DNA of 56,778 bases, the filler included, from Bipalium vagum (Eukaryota), in assembly GCA_037834085.1 (NCBI GenBank). It is 3 parts of 3 records of this genome, joined end to end, with 100 filler letters (N's around TTAATTAATTAA, not from the genome) between each part and the next. Parts side by side here need not be neighbours in the genome. Positions count along the whole stretch, not along the records: positions 40,442 to 56,778 come from JBBMKC010115606.1; 2 more parts are not named here. One strand, given 5' to 3'. The position numbers and the translations under genes were made by a program. The notes beneath the pieces were generated by a model, which saw only the letters and a program-made list of their open reading frames with translations, made no database searches and was not told the origin of the DNA. Shown one piece after another: positions 53,825 through 56,778 of the stretch (the stretch's first letter is position 1; each line of letters begins with the position of its first letter).

Positions 53825-54480
53825 CAGGTAGCGGAATACTTAATGTAGTTTTTTAAAATCAATTTTCAAATGGACAACATTTTATTCAATAATCAAACAA
53901 TATGTTCACCAAATTATTTAACAACTCTTTCCAATCTCGAATACATCAATATTCCACCACACGCAAAACGAAATCTTCCGGAATGAATTTCAGGCTTCAC
54001 GCGTGGACTTGTGGATTTAGAAAATTATATTTTTTGGACACATTCTTTTCTTTTTTTAATATAGATATATAAACACCATTTTTCATCGTCCGTGAAGATG
54101 AATCACAGAAATGGATGATGTTGTAGAGGTAAGCGATGTCGATCAAGTAGTGAAGTACACACCCTGATACAATTACCCTTGTTTGAGTCACCCAAATCAT
54201 ATGGTATCCATGCACCAAGTTTTTGCACCTTTCCCATAGTGTTGAGATGATTCATCGGAGTTTTAGGAGAACAATTCATAGTCTCAAAATTTGGTGTCCA
54301 TTTATATTGGATCATCATTAAGAAGTACTTCCAAACACCATTCAAAAAACAAAAATGGTATTCCTGTTCTTTGTTAATCATTCATGTTGGATTTTTGAAT
54401 TTTTAAAGCTTTTCTATTGCGATCTCTGTATTTCGAGCGATATATTTCATAAAAGTATAATAAAAAGTGGGAAATGTTCA
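53825..54480 (-). mobile_element. Degenerate mariner element
   Basis: HLNTMGKVQKLGAWIPYDL...CIRVCTSLL (WVPxxL linker). TIR-like CAGGTAGCGGAATAC at 53825. Confidence 0.75.
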
Positions 54481-55939
54481 ATATTATCTAGGCACGTTTT
54501 TAAAAAACTGTATAAAAGGTTTATTATGAAAATAAAATGTTTACTTTAGAAAGGACAATTATTATCCTTTAGAATAAGTCAATAAAAACTGGATCAATAT
54601 CTATTAAGTGTATAAAAATCTGGTTTTAATTACACGACATGAATTTATTGGACCGCCAAATATCTCTTGTAACAGAAAATAATTATCGTTAGTCAATAAA
54701 AAATGACATTAAATATTCCGGTATCTTATTTTTATTATCATCCTCATTTAATTAAAACTTTATTTTTATCTTTCACACACCGAAATCCATTTATTTCGCT
54801 TTCTGTATGGTGAAGTCATTCAAAAAACCGTTCTCATTTGATTATACCTGAAAGATGGATTACTGAAGACTTTGAGAACACTTAAACAATGTCGATTTTA
54901 TTAAGCATCGAAAAAGGCGCGATTTGGAATTTTTGAAAAAAAATAAAATCAATTTGTTAATTTTTTTTTATTTTCGTTTTCCAAAGATGAGATCACTCTT
55001 TGTAAATCAGTCTTTTTTGTTGAAAATGGAAATGAAATTTGTGACGAAAATATTTTTGAAACATGACACCCGATTTGAAATTTTATAATAAATATAATGA
55101 TAATAATATAATCTTCATAATTTCCATAATGCCCCAATTGAAAACGTATTGTTTCATAACCGATGGGCGAATTTTTCCTTGATTGGTTTGCTCTGATAAT
55201 TTACATATCTCATTGTTATCATTATTCTGACTTCTGTCTACATTCGTTTTCGTCCTTGATCACAATATTTCCCCGTGCTATCACTATTATCATTAAAGAA
55301 TCATTTTACTCGAGATTGTCAATAATAATTATTGTCATCATAATTATAATTCAGAAATTATTATAATTATTGATATGGGCCTGTATTTAAAACAAAAAGG
55401 AACATTGTGACATTTTTGTTTTAATTATAGTTATAATTCAGACGCAACTATTATGAATTTTGGCTTATTATGAATTTTTTTGCCCCTATTTTACTGGTTT
55501 ACTGTTCCCCGGTATTATCATATTTTATTCACCAAATGCCAATAAATAAATAGTTTGAGACAACTGATTATTTTTTGTATAAAAGATTTTAATCGAAAAT
55601 TTCGATGAAAAATGATTTCACTAACATCATTAATAACGTCAAGATAAGACAAAAAAGATAACCAGGCCCTAATCATGTGTGTGGTCAGCTCCATCGATAA
55701 AGAGTGTGTAAAAAGTGAGTATCGGATTTTAAACTGTAATATTGTTAAATATACTTAGGCTAATATTGAACGTTTTGCAAAATGAAATAAAATTATTAAG
55801 AATCAATATTTTTCAACAAAAAATCAATCAACACTAAAACAATACAAAAAGCAGTCATAGCATTTTAAAATATTTTTCGTGATACTCTACCGCCTTCTGT
55901 TTAATTGCATATCTCAGATCTCTTTGGCTTTTTGGTTTT

Positions 55940-56110
55940 CTTGTATCAACCTTTGTCTTTAGATATCCCCAAATAAAGAAATCCATTGGGGAAAGATTTG
56001 GAATAGTCACAGTCTGGCAATCCACTTTCTGTGGAATGGGGTCTGTAAGAAATTTCTGACTTCAAGTGAGTAATGAGCAGGTACATCTTGTTGGGAAAAA
56101 TTAAACTTGA
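55940..56110 (-). mobile_element. Tc1/mariner-superfamily catalytic-region remnant
   Basis: QQDVPAHYSLEVRNFL...KWIAR, followed by PMDFFIWGYLKDK-like sequence. Confidence 0.6.
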
Positions 56111-56304
56111 TCTTCTTCTCGTACTTGTTATGTACTGTATCACTAAAATCAACAAAATCTTTATAAAAGAGTATTGGTAGGTTGATAGAAGAAAAAATCA
56201 AAAGTAAAAACAAAGTTTTGAGTTATTTTAAACAAAATTATTTTTAAAAAGAAATAAAACTTATTTTGACTTATTTTATTTTAATGAGCAATTTTACAAC
56301 AAAA

Positions 56305-56600
56305 ATGGAGTCAAAACCACACATGCTTCGAGAGCGCGTTGTAAATTTTATGAAATCAACAAATCAAATGGAAAAGTTTTCTACTTTACAGTAGAGAGAG
56401 TAACAAGATCTACCATTTATTCGATTTTGACAGCATGTCAAAAAATCTAAAAATTCGCCAAAATAATGTCCAAAAAGGGCTTTTGACAATCGCGACAATC
56501 AAAGTCAGCAGCAACTAGCCAAGAAATTCAATTGCTCGAAAGGTTATATCTGAAAATTTCTTAAGAAGCTTCAAATTCAATGTCGTAAGAAGCAGAAATC
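56305..56600 (+). mobile_element. Tc1-like N-terminal remnant
   Basis: MESKPHMLRERVVNF...RSTIYSIL and SQQQLAKKFNCS HTH-like peptides, with frameshifts. Confidence 0.45.
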
Positions 56601-56778
56601 ACAAGATTACACAATTCAGAATACACCAGCCATAAAATTTAAGGCTTACACTACATACTGCAATGAATAATAGGCGCACGATTTCGAAACGAATAAGAAT
56701 TATAGGCTACAGAATCAAAACCGTAAATACATAGCTATATAGTAAACCTTTAAACATTCACATAGATAATTCAGTCAA

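Overview
Very AT-rich (roughly three-quarters A+T by eye), gapped eukaryotic scaffold from an invertebrate. Wamide neuropeptides and the transposon complement fit a protostome such as a flatworm, but the species cannot be fixed from sequence. Two artificial N-TTAATTAATTAA-N spacers (24584-24683, 40342-40441) split it into three independently joined blocks. Host genes, all on the minus strand: (1) four phase-consistent exons of an ARHGAP17/ARHGAP44/SH3BP1-type N-BAR gene (3430-9338, possible first exon 11980-12035); (2) an intronless secreted-protein gene (9823-10980) just upstream of BAR exon 2, combining a 12-Cys ladder with near-strict 11-residue spacing and repeated acidic-spacer / Lys-Thr-rich / GKR cassettes; (3) an orphan terminal exon ending in a CaaX box (35759-36265); (4) a W(X6)W-amide (MIP/allatostatin-B-like) neuropeptide precursor (48288-48611). 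The rest is mostly decayed mobile DNA: hAT, many Tc1/mariner copies, two Merlin-like copies, a Gypsy RT remnant and a solo-LTR family. There is also an internally deleted tRNA-Ala inside a long hairpin. The best candidate for an undescribed system is the Cys-hendecad/cationic-peptide precursor; the Wamide precursor is second. All family assignments are from motif recognition, not database searches.
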